Notes: generated from the sequence alone by a model not told the origin. Numbered from the stretch's first letter, positions 17,970 through 27,712 are shown. The stretch: DNA of 64,000 nucleotides from an uncultured Lachnospiraceae bacterium (GCA_900314445.1 OMVA01000103.1:257-64256); one strand, 5' to 3'. Made by a program: numbers and translations.

Positions 17970-18719
17970 ATGAAGGTATATCGAAAGATCATGCAAATCA
18001 TTACCAAGATTGAAGATATCGTTCTCGCCATTTCCGTATTTGGCGTAATGGCACTCACTTTTGGCAACGTTATTGCACGAAAAGTTTTCCAGCATTCCTG
18101 GGGATTTACAGAAGAGATTGTAGTAGCAGTCTTTGTTCTGATTTCACTTCTGGGTGCCGGTGTGGCTGCAAAGCAGCCAGGTGGACTTGTTAATCTGGGT
18201 ATTATTTCAGATAACGTTGGCCCTAAGGCTCGTAAGGTTCTCAATACAATCGCAAATATCATTTGCATTGCTTATTCAGGACTTCTTGCATATGAAGGAT
18301 ATGACCGTATGGTAACAGACCATACTGCCAGCCCAATTCTCCATATTTCAAAGTCAGTCTTCTGGGCATTCGTGCTGATTGGTGGTATTTCACTGATCCT
18401 TCATTTTATTGAAAATACAATTGATTTCTTACAGCGTGATTTAGTTGCGGAAGTTGAAGAACAGAAGAAGTTCGATGAAGAAGCAAAGAAAGAAGAAGCT
18501 GAAGAAGAAAAAGAAGAAGCTGAAAAAATTGCGGAAGCAAAGGCTGAAAGAGCTGAGGAAAAGGCTGAGAAGGCTGAGACAAAGGCAGTAAAGGCAGAAG
18601 AGAAGGCAGAGGAAGCAGAAGAAGCTGCAGCGGAGGCTGTAGTGGAAGCTAAGGAAAATGCTGGTAGGAAGCCTTCAAATAATAAGAAAAAATCTGGCAA
18701 GAAGGGAGGACGTAAATAA
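17970..18719 (+). CDS. dctQ: TRAP transporter small permease with long charged C-terminal tail
   Basis: Four TMs, GNVIARKVF..SWGFTEEI motif; E/A/K-rich tail; TAATG overlap with the next gene. Confidence 0.9.
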   Translation: MKVYRKIMQIITKIEDIVLAISVFGVMALTFGNVIARKVFQHSWGFTEEIVVAVFVLISLLGAGVAAKQPGGLVNLGIISDNVGPKARKVLNTIANIICIAYSGLLAYEGYDRMVTDHTASPILHISKSVFWAFVLIGGISLILHFIENTIDFLQRDLVAEVEEQKKFDEEAKKEEAEEEKEEAEKIAEAKAERAEEKAEKAETKAVKAEEKAEEAEEAAAEAVVEAKENAGRKPSNNKKKSGKKGGRK

Positions 18720-21700
18720 TGATTACATTAATTCTTTTTGCATCATTTTTCGTATTACTCCTGATTGGTGTACCTATCGCAATCTGCCTTGGTGCATCTT
18801 CAGCACTTGCTGTTCTCTATGCATCAGCAACAGATCCACAGTTTGCAAATCTGTCGCTGAGTATTGTAGCTACAAATACATATACAGGTATTTCTAAGTT
18901 CCTGCTCCTGGCAATTCCTTTCTTCGTACTTTCCGGAGATATTATGGCCAAGGCGGGTATTTCTAAGAGGCTTGTAAAGTTCATTGATGATATGTGCGGT
19001 CACCGTTGTGGTGGTATGGCCATTACCTGTGTAATCGTATCCTGTTTCTTTGGTGCAATCTCAGGTTCTGGTCCTGCAACTGTAGCCGCTCTTGGTGCAG
19101 TTCTGATTCCAGCCATGATCGCATCAGGATTTTCACCTTCTTTCTCAGAAGGCCTGATGGCAACATCTTCATCAATTGCTATTGTTATTCCTCCATCCAT
19201 CGCATTTGTTGTCTATGCGTCAATCACAGGACAGAACGTTGGGGAAATGTTCATTGCTGGTATTATTCCAGGTATCTTAATGGGCCTTGCACTGATTATC
19301 GTTGTTCTCATTGAAGCTCGCCGTAAGGGTATTAAGGCAGCCCATGCACGTAAGACATGGAAGGAAAGATGGCATTCATTCAAGGACGCATTCTGGGGAC
19401 TTCTTATGCCAGTTATCATCCTTGGTGGTATCTATGGTGGTATCTTCACTCCAACAGAAGCAGCTGCTGTATCTGTAGTATACGGTCTCTTCGTTGGTAT
19501 GTTTATCTATAAGGAGATTAAGGTAAAGGATCTTTTAGGTATTCTGGTTGGTTCTGCAAAGACTTCCGGCAGTATCATGATGATTGTTGCATCTGCATCC
19601 CTTTTCTCTTACTGCTGTACATTATTTGGTATTTCCCAGTCAGCACAGGCACTTCTTGCATTCCTTGGATCAAACAAGATTGTCTTCCTTCTGATTGTTA
19701 ATATCATTTTCCTGATTGCAGGATGTTTCCTGGATGCAAACTCAGCTATGTATATCTTCATTCCAATCATGGCTCCAGTAGCTGAATCACTTGGTTACAG
19801 CTTAGTTGCATTCGGTATTGTTGCAACAGTTAACCTTGCTATCGGTCAGGTTACTCCTCCGGTAGGTGTAAACCTCTTCGTAGCACTTGGTCTTAAGGTT
19901 AAGGATGAAGCTGCATCTCTTAAGGCAAAAGCAGATAAGTTCTATCATGTAACATTGCCTATGATTTCAAAGGCAGTTCTTCCAATGATTCTGGCTTGTC
20001 TGATTGTACTTGCAACTCTTACTTATGTTCCAAAGATTTCAACAATCTTTGCCAAGGACAAGGGAGAAGAAGTTGCAAATAACTCTGGAAAAACTTCCAG
20101 TGCCAAGACAAATCTTGAATACAAAGACTATATGGGTTCTGACGAATATGTAGCGAAATACGATGCTGCTAAGTACACAGGTAGTGATGAGTGGCCAACA
20201 GCTACATGGAACTTCGACTGTTCAACAGGCGAGTCTTCAACATGGGCCCAGGCTGGTTACTACTTCAACGCTCTGATGCAGGAATCAACTGGCGGTAAGG
20301 TAAAGGTTGATGTTTACCCAGGTGAACAGCTTACAAATGGAGACCAGGTTGCTGGTATCCAGGCTTTGATGGATGGTGATCCTATTCAGGTATCCCTCCA
20401 CTCAAATCTCATTTACGCAAACTTTGATCCTAGATTTAATGTAGTATCTCTGCCATATATCTACAATGATTATGATGATGTAGACGCTGTTATGAGTGGG
20501 GCAGGTGGAGATGAATTAAAGGAACTTCTTGATCAGTATGGTATTGTCTGTGGTGGTATCGCAGAGAACGGTTTCCGTCAGATTACCAACTCAAAACAGC
20601 CAATTAAGTCTGTAGATGACTTAAAGTCAATCAAGATGAGAATCTGTTCAAATGATCTTTGCTCAGAAGTTTATAAAGAATGGAATTGTGACGCATCAGC
20701 AATGAACTGGTCTGAAACTTATACAGCTCTTCAGCAGGGAACCGTTGATGGTCAGGAAAATCCGGAAACAGCTATTGCATCCGCATCTGTTCAGGATGTA
20801 CAGAAGTACATTTCTCTTTGGAATGCATACTATGATTGCTTATTCTTCGGTATGAATAAGGAAGTATTTGAGCAGTACACACCAGAACAGCAGGCAGTTA
20901 TTCTGGAAAACATGCAGAAGGCTACAAACTACGAAAAGGCTCAGAACCGTAAGCAGGTTGATGAACTGGTTGAAGAGTGGAAGACTTCTGGTGAGATGGA
21001 AGTTACAACAAATGATGAGATTGATTCTGAATCCTTCAAGGAAGCTTCTGCTGGAGCTGCTGATTGGTATAAGGAACAGCTCCTTTCAAATAAGGATCTG
21101 GGACTTACAGAGGAGCAGGTAGATACATTTGTAGATGCCTTTACAAATCCTAAGAAGAGAGAAAAACTGTCCTATGATGATTATCAGTATTCTGATAAGT
21201 TCAATGCGGTTTCTCAGGCAGCAGTTTATGACGGCGAGGATGAATGGCCAGCATCAACTTGGAACTTCGACTGTTCAACAGGTGAATCTTCATCCTGGGC
21301 ACAAGCCGGTAAGTACTTTAATGCTCTGATGCAGGAGTCAACTGGCGGTAAGGTAAAGGTTGATGTATATCCGGGCGAACAGCTTACAAATGGAGACCAG
21401 GTTGCTGGTATTCAGGCTCTGATGGATGGTGATACAATGCAGGTATCCCTCCACTCAAATCTCATTTACGCAAACTTTGATCCTAGATTTAATGTAGTTT
21501 CTCTGCCATACATCTATGAGAATTATGATGATGTTGACGCAGTCATGTCTTCAGAAGGTGGTCAGGAACTGAAAGACCTGCTGAATGATTATGGACTTGT
21601 ATGTGGTGGTATCGGTGAAAATGGATTCCGTCAGATTACAAACTCTAAGCAGCCTATTAAGTCTGTTACTGACCTCAAGTCAGTAAAGATGAGAATTTGT

Positions 21701-23278
21701 TCAAATGATCTTTGCTCTGAAGTTTATAAGGAGTGGGGATGTGATGCATCAGCAATGAACTGGGCAGAGACTTATACAGCTCTGCAGCAGGGCACCGTTG
21801 ATGGTCAGGAAAATCCGGAAACAGCTATTGCATCTGCATCTGTTCAGGATGTTCAGGATTACATTTCTCTTTGGAATGCATACTATGACTGCTTATTCTT
21901 CTGTATCAACAAGGAAGTATATGATCAGTACACACCAGACCAGCAGGCAGTTATTCTGGAAAATATGCAGAAGGCTGCAGATTACCAGAAGAACATCAAC
22001 CGTATTCAGGTTGATCAGACAGTTGCTGAATGGACAGAATCTGGTGCAATGGAAGTTACTCCATTTGATGAAATTGATTCAGATTCCTTCAAGAATTCAT
22101 GCACAGGTGTAGTTGATTGGTATATCAATCAGCTTGAAAGCAACAAGGATCTTGGTCTTACAAAGGATCAGGTTGAAGAGTTTGTTGCAGCATTTACAGA
22201 TACATCAAAGCGTGGTACAGAATCTTCTTCAAGCAGCGGTTCTGTTACAGGCGGAGATGGATCTTACTGGTCATCCGACGTATACGATGCAACTAAAGAA
22301 GCAGCTAGGTACGAAGGCACAGATGAGTGGCCAGAAATGACACTGAACTATGACTGCTCAACAGGTGAACAGTCAACATGGGCACAGGCAGGTTACTACT
22401 TCAATGCCCTTATGCAGGAAACAACTGGTGGTAAAGTTAAGATTGACGTTTACCCAGGTGAACAGCTTACAAATGGTGACCAGGTTGCAGGTATTCAGGC
22501 TCTGATGGATGGTGATCCAATTCAGGTATCCATGCATTCAAATCTCATTTACGCAAACTTTGATCCAAGATTCAACGTTGTGTCTCTGCCATATCAGTTT
22601 GCTGATTATGATGCAGTAGATAAGGCAATGAATGGAGCAGGTGGTCAGGAACTGAAGGATCTGCTTAAGGACTACGGTCTTGTATGTGGCGGTATCGGTG
22701 AAAATGGTTTCCGTCAGATTACAAACTCAAAGCAGCCAATTAAGTCTGTTGATGATTTGAAATCCGTAAAGATGAGAATTTCATCCAATGACCTTTCTGC
22801 AGAAATCTACAAGGAGTGGGGTTGTTCTGCATCAGCTATGAACTGGGCAGAAACATACACAGCTCTTCAGCAGGGAACAATTGACGGACAGGAAAATCCT
22901 GTAACAGCCATTGCTTCTGCATCTGTACAGGACGTACAGGATTACATCTCACTTTGGGATGCATATTATGACTGTCTCTTCTTCTGTATGAATGAAGATG
23001 TTTATAATCAGTTCACACCAGAACAGCAGAAGGCAGTTTCTGAGAACATGCAGAAGGCTGCAGATTATGAAAAGGCAATCAACCGTGCACAGGTTGAAGA
23101 AGTAGTTGCTAACTGGCAGAAGACAGGAGATATGCAGGTAACAACCGTGGATGAAATCGATTCCAATTCCTTCAAGAAGGCATCTGAGGGCGCATATCCT
23201 TGGTTCGAATCCCAGATTGAGAAGTCAGCTGGTATGAGCGAAGATGATGCAAAGTCATTTGTAGAAGCTTTCCAGTAA
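18719..23278 (+). CDS. dctM: TRAP large permease fused to three tandem DctP-type substrate-binding domains (1519 aa)
   Basis: aa 1-~445 DctM (LLAIPFFVLSG, FFGAISGSGPA, IVIPPSI, GIFTPTEAA, GQVTPPVG); three SBP repeats starting at aa 491, 842 and 1203, each with ENGFRQIT, KMRI and GTxDGQENP. Confidence 0.93.
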   Translation: MITLILFASFFVLLLIGVPIAICLGASSALAVLYASATDPQFANLSLSIVATNTYTGISKFLLLAIPFFVLSGDIMAKAGISKRLVKFIDDMCGHRCGGMAITCVIVSCFFGAISGSGPATVAALGAVLIPAMIASGFSPSFSEGLMATSSSIAIVIPPSIAFVVYASITGQNVGEMFIAGIIPGILMGLALIIVVLIEARRKGIKAAHARKTWKERWHSFKDAFWGLLMPVIILGGIYGGIFTPTEAAAVSVVYGLFVGMFIYKEIKVKDLLGILVGSAKTSGSIMMIVASASLFSYCCTLFGISQSAQALLAFLGSNKIVFLLIVNIIFLIAGCFLDANSAMYIFIPIMAPVAESLGYSLVAFGIVATVNLAIGQVTPPVGVNLFVALGLKVKDEAASLKAKADKFYHVTLPMISKAVLPMILACLIVLATLTYVPKISTIFAKDKGEEVANNSGKTSSAKTNLEYKDYMGSDEYVAKYDAAKYTGSDEWPTATWNFDCSTGESSTWAQAGYYFNALMQESTGGKVKVDVYPGEQLTNGDQVAGIQALMDGDPIQVSLHSNLIYANFDPRFNVVSLPYIYNDYDDVDAVMSGAGGDELKELLDQYGIVCGGIAENGFRQITNSKQPIKSVDDLKSIKMRICSNDLCSEVYKEWNCDASAMNWSETYTALQQGTVDGQENPETAIASASVQDVQKYISLWNAYYDCLFFGMNKEVFEQYTPEQQAVILENMQKATNYEKAQNRKQVDELVEEWKTSGEMEVTTNDEIDSESFKEASAGAADWYKEQLLSNKDLGLTEEQVDTFVDAFTNPKKREKLSYDDYQYSDKFNAVSQAAVYDGEDEWPASTWNFDCSTGESSSWAQAGKYFNALMQESTGGKVKVDVYPGEQLTNGDQVAGIQALMDGDTMQVSLHSNLIYANFDPRFNVVSLPYIYENYDDVDAVMSSEGGQELKDLLNDYGLVCGGIGENGFRQITNSKQPIKSVTDLKSVKMRICSNDLCSEVYKEWGCDASAMNWAETYTALQQGTVDGQENPETAIASASVQDVQDYISLWNAYYDCLFFCINKEVYDQYTPDQQAVILENMQKAADYQKNINRIQVDQTVAEWTESGAMEVTPFDEIDSDSFKNSCTGVVDWYINQLESNKDLGLTKDQVEEFVAAFTDTSKRGTESSSSSGSVTGGDGSYWSSDVYDATKEAARYEGTDEWPEMTLNYDCSTGEQSTWAQAGYYFNALMQETTGGKVKIDVYPGEQLTNGDQVAGIQALMDGDPIQVSMHSNLIYANFDPRFNVVSLPYQFADYDAVDKAMNGAGGQELKDLLKDYGLVCGGIGENGFRQITNSKQPIKSVDDLKSVKMRISSNDLSAEIYKEWGCSASAMNWAETYTALQQGTIDGQENPVTAIASASVQDVQDYISLWDAYYDCLFFCMNEDVYNQFTPEQQKAVSENMQKAADYEKAINRAQVEEVVANWQKTGDMQVTTVDEIDSNSFKKASEGAYPWFESQIEKSAGMSEDDAKSFVEAFQ
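20189..23275 (+). repeat. Intragenic triple tandem repeat (about 1.05-1.08 kb units)
   Basis: Units begin at 20189, 21242 and 22325; for example 59 bp are identical between 20387-20445 and 21440-21498. Confidence 0.95.
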
Positions 23279-23279
23279 G

Positions 23280-23305
23280 ACAAATGAACTTGCCATCGAT
23301 TTGCA
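23280..23305. repeat. Intergenic palindromic repeat family copy (degenerate)
   Basis: ACAAATGAACTTGCCATCGATTTGCA, 1 bp after the dctM stop. Confidence 0.6.
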
Positions 23306-23335
23306 TGAAAACACAGAAGCAAGATGGTAATACAG

Positions 23336-23371
23336 AAAAGGTTCGACTAGTGTCTAGTCGGATCTTTTTTT
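23336..23371 (+). terminator. Intrinsic terminator of the TRAP operon
   Basis: AAAAGGTTCGACTAG-tgt-CTAGTCGGATCTTTT + TTT. Confidence 0.85.
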
Positions 23372-23442
23372 GTGTTATAATAAGGCAGTTTGTGGGGCTT
23401 TTAGGGTGGAATCCTTAAGAATTTAGAAGGTGAAATGAAAGA

Positions 23443-24777
23443 GTGTTTATGGAAAAGAAAAAACTGGGTAAGACACTAATTGTTTTAGATATTTTAATAG
23501 CTCTCATATTCCTGGCTTTGGTGGGCTTTGTAATTTACAGTCTTCTTATTAAGAAGGATAAAAAAGAAAATGCCAGCAGTGAATCCATCAGTGAGTCACT
23601 TTCAAAGCTGACCAGCGAATCCGACACAGAAAGTGTAAATATTGCCAGTCCCAATGAGGCAAGCGATACGGATGCTGAGCCAGAGTTTTTCTCATTAGCT
23701 ACACCTGCGGATGCCTACATGGAGTATAGTAAGAGAGAATTTAAGAAAACAGAGAACACGGTTGAACTGGAATCCTCATCGGTAAAACAGGCGGAACTGC
23801 AGGAACAATTGAATGCGGAATGGCAAAGTGCTGTGACGGATGAAGAGAAACAGACAGTGCTGAACAAATATTCAGCCAGGATTCCTGTGGATGAATCGGG
23901 AAATTCAACCGGAGAAACGCCAATAGCTACTTACTACAATTTACTGAGACTGACACCGGCAGAAAATGCCGCATATCCAGCCACAAGTAATTTGGATAAT
24001 AATCAGGCAATCGTTAGTCGTTATGCACTTCTGGTGGATCTGGATACTAATGAAATCGTGGCTCAGAGAGATTCTGAGGATCAGGTTATTGTGCCAGCTT
24101 CCATGACCAAGGTTCTGACAGCCCTTACCGCTGCGGACTACCTGACAGAAGATAATCTGGATGACGAATATATCATGCCCCAGGATATTATTGACTACTG
24201 TATTGATCAGGAAGCGTCCCGAGTGGGCTATCTGGATGGAGAGCCTACAACAGTTAGAGATATGTTCTATGGCATGCTGGTTACATCTGGCGCCGATGCC
24301 ACACTTGGCCTGGTAAATTATGTTGCAGGATCAGAAGAAGATTTCATGAAGCTTATGAATCAAAAAGCAAGAGAACTTGGTTTGTCAGAGGAAGCCAATT
24401 TTACAAATCCCATCGGACTTTATGATCCGGATCTGCACTGCACCATGTCAGACATGGCCAAAATCATGGCAGCAGCTACAGAGAATCCTCTCTGTGCCGA
24501 TGCCATGCAGCAGAAAACCTATGTGACAATTCCTTGGGGAGAAGAGTTACCAGAGGGAATTACCATTTGTAACGAGTTCGTTGACAACATCCTCATACAA
24601 CTTCCTGCAAATGGACTTGGCGCAAAGACAGGCTATGTGGATGAAGGAGGTTTTTGTGCAGCTTCCTTCCTGAAAACGGAGAGTGGAAAAACCTATGTGC
24701 TTGTAACGGCAGATTGTAATAGCAAGTGGCGGGTTATTCATGATCATGTTTCACTTTATCGTTCCTATACCTACTAA
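23443..24777 (+). CDS. D-alanyl-D-alanine carboxypeptidase (S11), membrane anchored
   Basis: N-terminal TM, acidic linker, SxxK (ASMTK), SGADA at the SxN position, KTGY; start GTG 23443 or ATG 23449. Confidence 0.88.
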   Translation: MFMEKKKLGKTLIVLDILIALIFLALVGFVIYSLLIKKDKKENASSESISESLSKLTSESDTESVNIASPNEASDTDAEPEFFSLATPADAYMEYSKREFKKTENTVELESSSVKQAELQEQLNAEWQSAVTDEEKQTVLNKYSARIPVDESGNSTGETPIATYYNLLRLTPAENAAYPATSNLDNNQAIVSRYALLVDLDTNEIVAQRDSEDQVIVPASMTKVLTALTAADYLTEDNLDDEYIMPQDIIDYCIDQEASRVGYLDGEPTTVRDMFYGMLVTSGADATLGLVNYVAGSEEDFMKLMNQKARELGLSEEANFTNPIGLYDPDLHCTMSDMAKIMAAATENPLCADAMQQKTYVTIPWGEELPEGITICNEFVDNILIQLPANGLGAKTGYVDEGGFCAASFLKTESGKTYVLVTADCNSKWRVIHDHVSLYRSYTY

Positions 24778-24919
24778 AATAAATATTATATCCGAAAAAA
24801 TTACCTGAAAACCCTGTGGAATCGTCTATAAATACATATAGGCAAGTTTGCTGTTTTGCGTTAATATAGAAAAGTATTTTATCTTAAAATATTATTTATT
24901 AATCAAGAGGGAGAGAGTT

Positions 24920-26575
24920 ATGAAAAACGTAGCTTTAAAAGTAGTGTTAGTCATTGTGGCTTGCTTACTTGTTTCCTTATGTGTGTATTCTTATTTCACA
25001 CGTGGAACAACAGTAGGAGCAGAGAACTATGAAAGTGCATTCTATGCAAGTTGCATTTCTCTTTTGCCACCAGTTGTAGCCATTGTTCTGGCTCTGATTA
25101 CCAAGGAAGTATATTCATCACTTTTCATCGGTATCATTACTGGTGCACTTCTTTATTCAGATTTTAATCTGGAACTTGCAATCAATACCATGCTCTTCAA
25201 TGAAGATGGCGGTATGATTACTAAGCTGGCAGATAGCTGGAATGCAGGTATCCTGGTATTCCTTGTTCTGCTGGGTATCCTGGTTGCTCTTATGAATCAT
25301 GCAGGTGGTTCTGCAGCATTTGGTAACTGGGCATCTAAGAGAATTAAGACAAGAATTGGCGCCCAGATTGCAACCATTTTCCTGGGAGTTCTGATCTTTG
25401 TAGATGATTACTTCAACTGTCTTACAGTAGGTTCTGTTATGAGACCTGTAACAGATCGTCATAAGGTATCTCGTGCAAAGCTTGCATATCTGATTGATGC
25501 AACAGCAGCTCCAGTATGTATTATTGCACCAATCTCTTCCTGGGCAGCAGCAGTAACATCATCTGTTCCAGAAGATGCAGATATCAATGGTTTCCAGACA
25601 TTCATCAGGACAATCCCATATAACTATTATGCGATTCTTACTCTTGTTATGCTGTTCGTTCTGGTTATTCGTCGTATCGACTACGGTCCAATGAGAAAGC
25701 ATGAGCTCAATGCCTATAAGGGTGATCTCTTCACAACAGGCGATGAGCATATTAAAGATGAGAATGCAAGGAAAATCAGCACAAAGGGTAAGGTAATTGA
25801 CCTGGTACTTCCTGTACTTGTTCTGATTACTGCTTGTATTATGGCTATGGTTTATACAGGTGGTATTTTAGATGGTGAAAGCTTTGTAAATGCCTTTGCT
25901 GGTGCTGATGCATCTACAGCACTGGTAATGGGTGGTATCATTGCAGTAATTTTCACTTTCTTCTTCTACTTACTTCGTGATGTTATTACATTTAATGACT
26001 TTATGGAATGTGTTCCTGCAGGTTTCAAGGCTATGATTTCACCAATCCTGATTCTGACAATGGCATGGACACTTTCTGGTATGACAAACCTTCTGGGGGC
26101 TAAGGTATTCGTTGCATCCCTTGTGGAAGGTTCTGCAGCCGGATTCCAGTCACTGCTTCCAGCAGTTATCTTCCTGGTTGCTCTTGGTCTTGCTTTTGCA
26201 ACTGGTACATCATGGGGAACATTTGGTATCCTCATTCCTATCGTTATGGGTGTATTTCCAAGCGGAGAGATGATGCTGATTTCAATCGCTGCATGTCTTG
26301 CAGGTGCTGTTTGTGGTGACCACTGCTCACCAATTTCTGATACAACAATTATGTCATCTGCTGGTGCTCAGAGTAATCACATCAATCATGTATCAACACA
26401 GCTTCCATATGCTCTTACATGTGCAGGTGTATCCTGTGTTACTTACATCATTGCAGGATTTGTAAAGAATCCATATATCTGCTTGGCAATTGGTGTTGTA
26501 CTCATGGTTGTGACTCTTCTGGTAATCGAGAAGGCAACAGGTAGAGAGCCTATCGATGAAGGGACAGAAAAATAG
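24920..26575 (+). CDS. NhaC-family Na+/H+ antiporter-like transporter (family includes amino-acid transporters)
   Basis: FVDDYFNCLTVG, DATAAPVCIIAPISSW, FATGTSWGTFG, GDHCSPISDTT; ATG 24920 follows GAGGGAG. Confidence 0.88.
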   Translation: MKNVALKVVLVIVACLLVSLCVYSYFTRGTTVGAENYESAFYASCISLLPPVVAIVLALITKEVYSSLFIGIITGALLYSDFNLELAINTMLFNEDGGMITKLADSWNAGILVFLVLLGILVALMNHAGGSAAFGNWASKRIKTRIGAQIATIFLGVLIFVDDYFNCLTVGSVMRPVTDRHKVSRAKLAYLIDATAAPVCIIAPISSWAAAVTSSVPEDADINGFQTFIRTIPYNYYAILTLVMLFVLVIRRIDYGPMRKHELNAYKGDLFTTGDEHIKDENARKISTKGKVIDLVLPVLVLITACIMAMVYTGGILDGESFVNAFAGADASTALVMGGIIAVIFTFFFYLLRDVITFNDFMECVPAGFKAMISPILILTMAWTLSGMTNLLGAKVFVASLVEGSAAGFQSLLPAVIFLVALGLAFATGTSWGTFGILIPIVMGVFPSGEMMLISIAACLAGAVCGDHCSPISDTTIMSSAGAQSNHINHVSTQLPYALTCAGVSCVTYIIAGFVKNPYICLAIGVVLMVVTLLVIEKATGREPIDEGTEK

Positions 26576-26707
26576 TATAAAAGGCATTTATCCATAACTG
26601 CTAAAAAACTGCCATATAATTGCATAAAATGCAATCATAAACAAGAATATTGACATAAAGAATGGAAAGTTCTTATATACCTTTCTACTCTTTTTTGTTA
26701 CTATTCC

Positions 26708-26720
26708 ATTGTAAGCAATT
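26708..26720. promoter_or_regulatory. Candidate MarR/OhrR operator
   Basis: ATTG-TAAG-CAATT upstream of the MarR gene; the same pattern occurs upstream of trxB. Confidence 0.5.
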
Positions 26721-26752
26721 TTATTGAAATATGAGATTTTAAGGAGTAATTT

Positions 26753-27196
26753 ATGGATAAGTATGATTGCCTGAAGCTTGAAAATCAGTTGTGTTTTCCA
26801 CTGTATGCATGCTCAAAGGAAATTGTGAGAAAGTATAAGCCATTTCTTGATGAACTTGATTTAACTTACACGCAGTACATCACAATGATGGTTCTTTGGG
26901 ACAAGAAGCAGACCAATGTTAAGGAACTTGGAAAATACTTATTCCTGGATTCGGGAACACTGACTCCTGTATTAAAGAAGTTAGAAGCTAAGGGTTATAT
27001 TACAAGACATCGTAGTGCAGAAGATGAGAGAAACCTCATCGTAAAGATCACAGATCGTGGTGTTAAGCTTAGAGAAAAGGCTTACACAATCCCTGAGAAG
27101 ATGGGCAAGTGTGTGAACCTTAACCCTGACGATTTCCAGACTTTATATACACTTCTTTATAAAATCTTAAACAACGTGAACAGCGAAGAAAACTAG
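26753..27196 (+). CDS. MarR-family regulator, OhrR-like (redox Cys)
   Basis: LENQLCFPLYA, DLTYTQY, LDSGTLTPVLKKLE, RSAEDER. Confidence 0.9.
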   Translation: MDKYDCLKLENQLCFPLYACSKEIVRKYKPFLDELDLTYTQYITMMVLWDKKQTNVKELGKYLFLDSGTLTPVLKKLEAKGYITRHRSAEDERNLIVKITDRGVKLREKAYTIPEKMGKCVNLNPDDFQTLYTLLYKILNNVNSEEN

Positions 27197-27247
27197 GACA
27201 CAAATGCATTTTGTGAAGGATTCTTCAAAAGTAAAGGAGGATTCATT

Positions 27248-27559
27248 ATGGTAATTCAGATTAATGGTGATGATCAGAAGTTCGAAGAGGAAGTATTAAA
27301 GAGCGACAAGCCAGTTCTTGTTGATTTCTGGGCAACATGGTGTGGACCATGTAAGATGCTTTCTCCAATCGTTGATGAACTTTCTGAAGAAGTGGATACA
27401 GTTAAGTTTGTAGGTGTTGATGTAGATCAGTCTGAAAGACTGGCAATCAAGTATGGCATCAGCTCAATTCCTTGCCTTGTGCTTTTCAAGGACGGCGAAG
27501 AAGTAAAGCGTACAGTTGGCGTTCAGCCTAAGCCTGCACTTGCTGCATTCATTCAGTAA
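27248..27559 (+). CDS. trxA: Thioredoxin
   Basis: VDFWATWCGPC active site, 103 aa. Confidence 0.97.
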   Translation: MVIQINGDDQKFEEEVLKSDKPVLVDFWATWCGPCKMLSPIVDELSEEVDTVKFVGVDVDQSERLAIKYGISSIPCLVLFKDGEEVKRTVGVQPKPALAAFIQ

Positions 27560-27567
27560 TGAAAAGA

Positions 27568-27602
27568 AATAGCGGAAGTAGAATATGCTTCCGCTTATTT
27601 TT
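27568..27602 (+). terminator. Intrinsic terminator between trxA and trxB
   Basis: AGCGGAAGTA-gaata-TGCTTCCGCT + TATTTTT. Confidence 0.8.
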
Positions 27603-27612
27603 TAAAGAAAAA

Positions 27613-27626
27613 AATTGCACACAATT
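27613..27626. promoter_or_regulatory. Candidate MarR/OhrR operator upstream of trxB
   Basis: AATTG-CACA-CAATT imperfect palindrome. Confidence 0.5.
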
Positions 27627-27640
27627 AAAGTGGCGCGGGA

Positions 27641-27668
27641 GCACAGTCCATTTGCAAATGGAATGTGC
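27641..27668. repeat. Intergenic palindromic repeat family copy (head-to-head)
   Basis: GCACAGTCCATTTGCAAATGGAATGTGC. Confidence 0.85.
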
Positions 27669-27712
27669 CCAGTATATATTTTTAAGAATAATCACCGGAG
27701 GGTTAACAAAAT

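Noticed and set aside
24607-24617. GCAAATGGACT core inside the carboxypeptidase CDS
   Set aside because: Encodes Ala-Asn-Gly-Leu, single and unpaired; may be chance. Not counted, though relevant to the uptake-sequence hypothesis
24780-24919. Lysine/SAM riboswitch or T-box expected before the NhaC-family gene
   Set aside because: Short AT-rich gap with no aptamer motifs or terminator
27199-27215. CACAAATGCATTTTGTG inverted repeat between marR and trxA; also TTCATTTGTCAAATTTGAA at 42631
   Set aside because: Too degenerate to assign confidently to the repeat family
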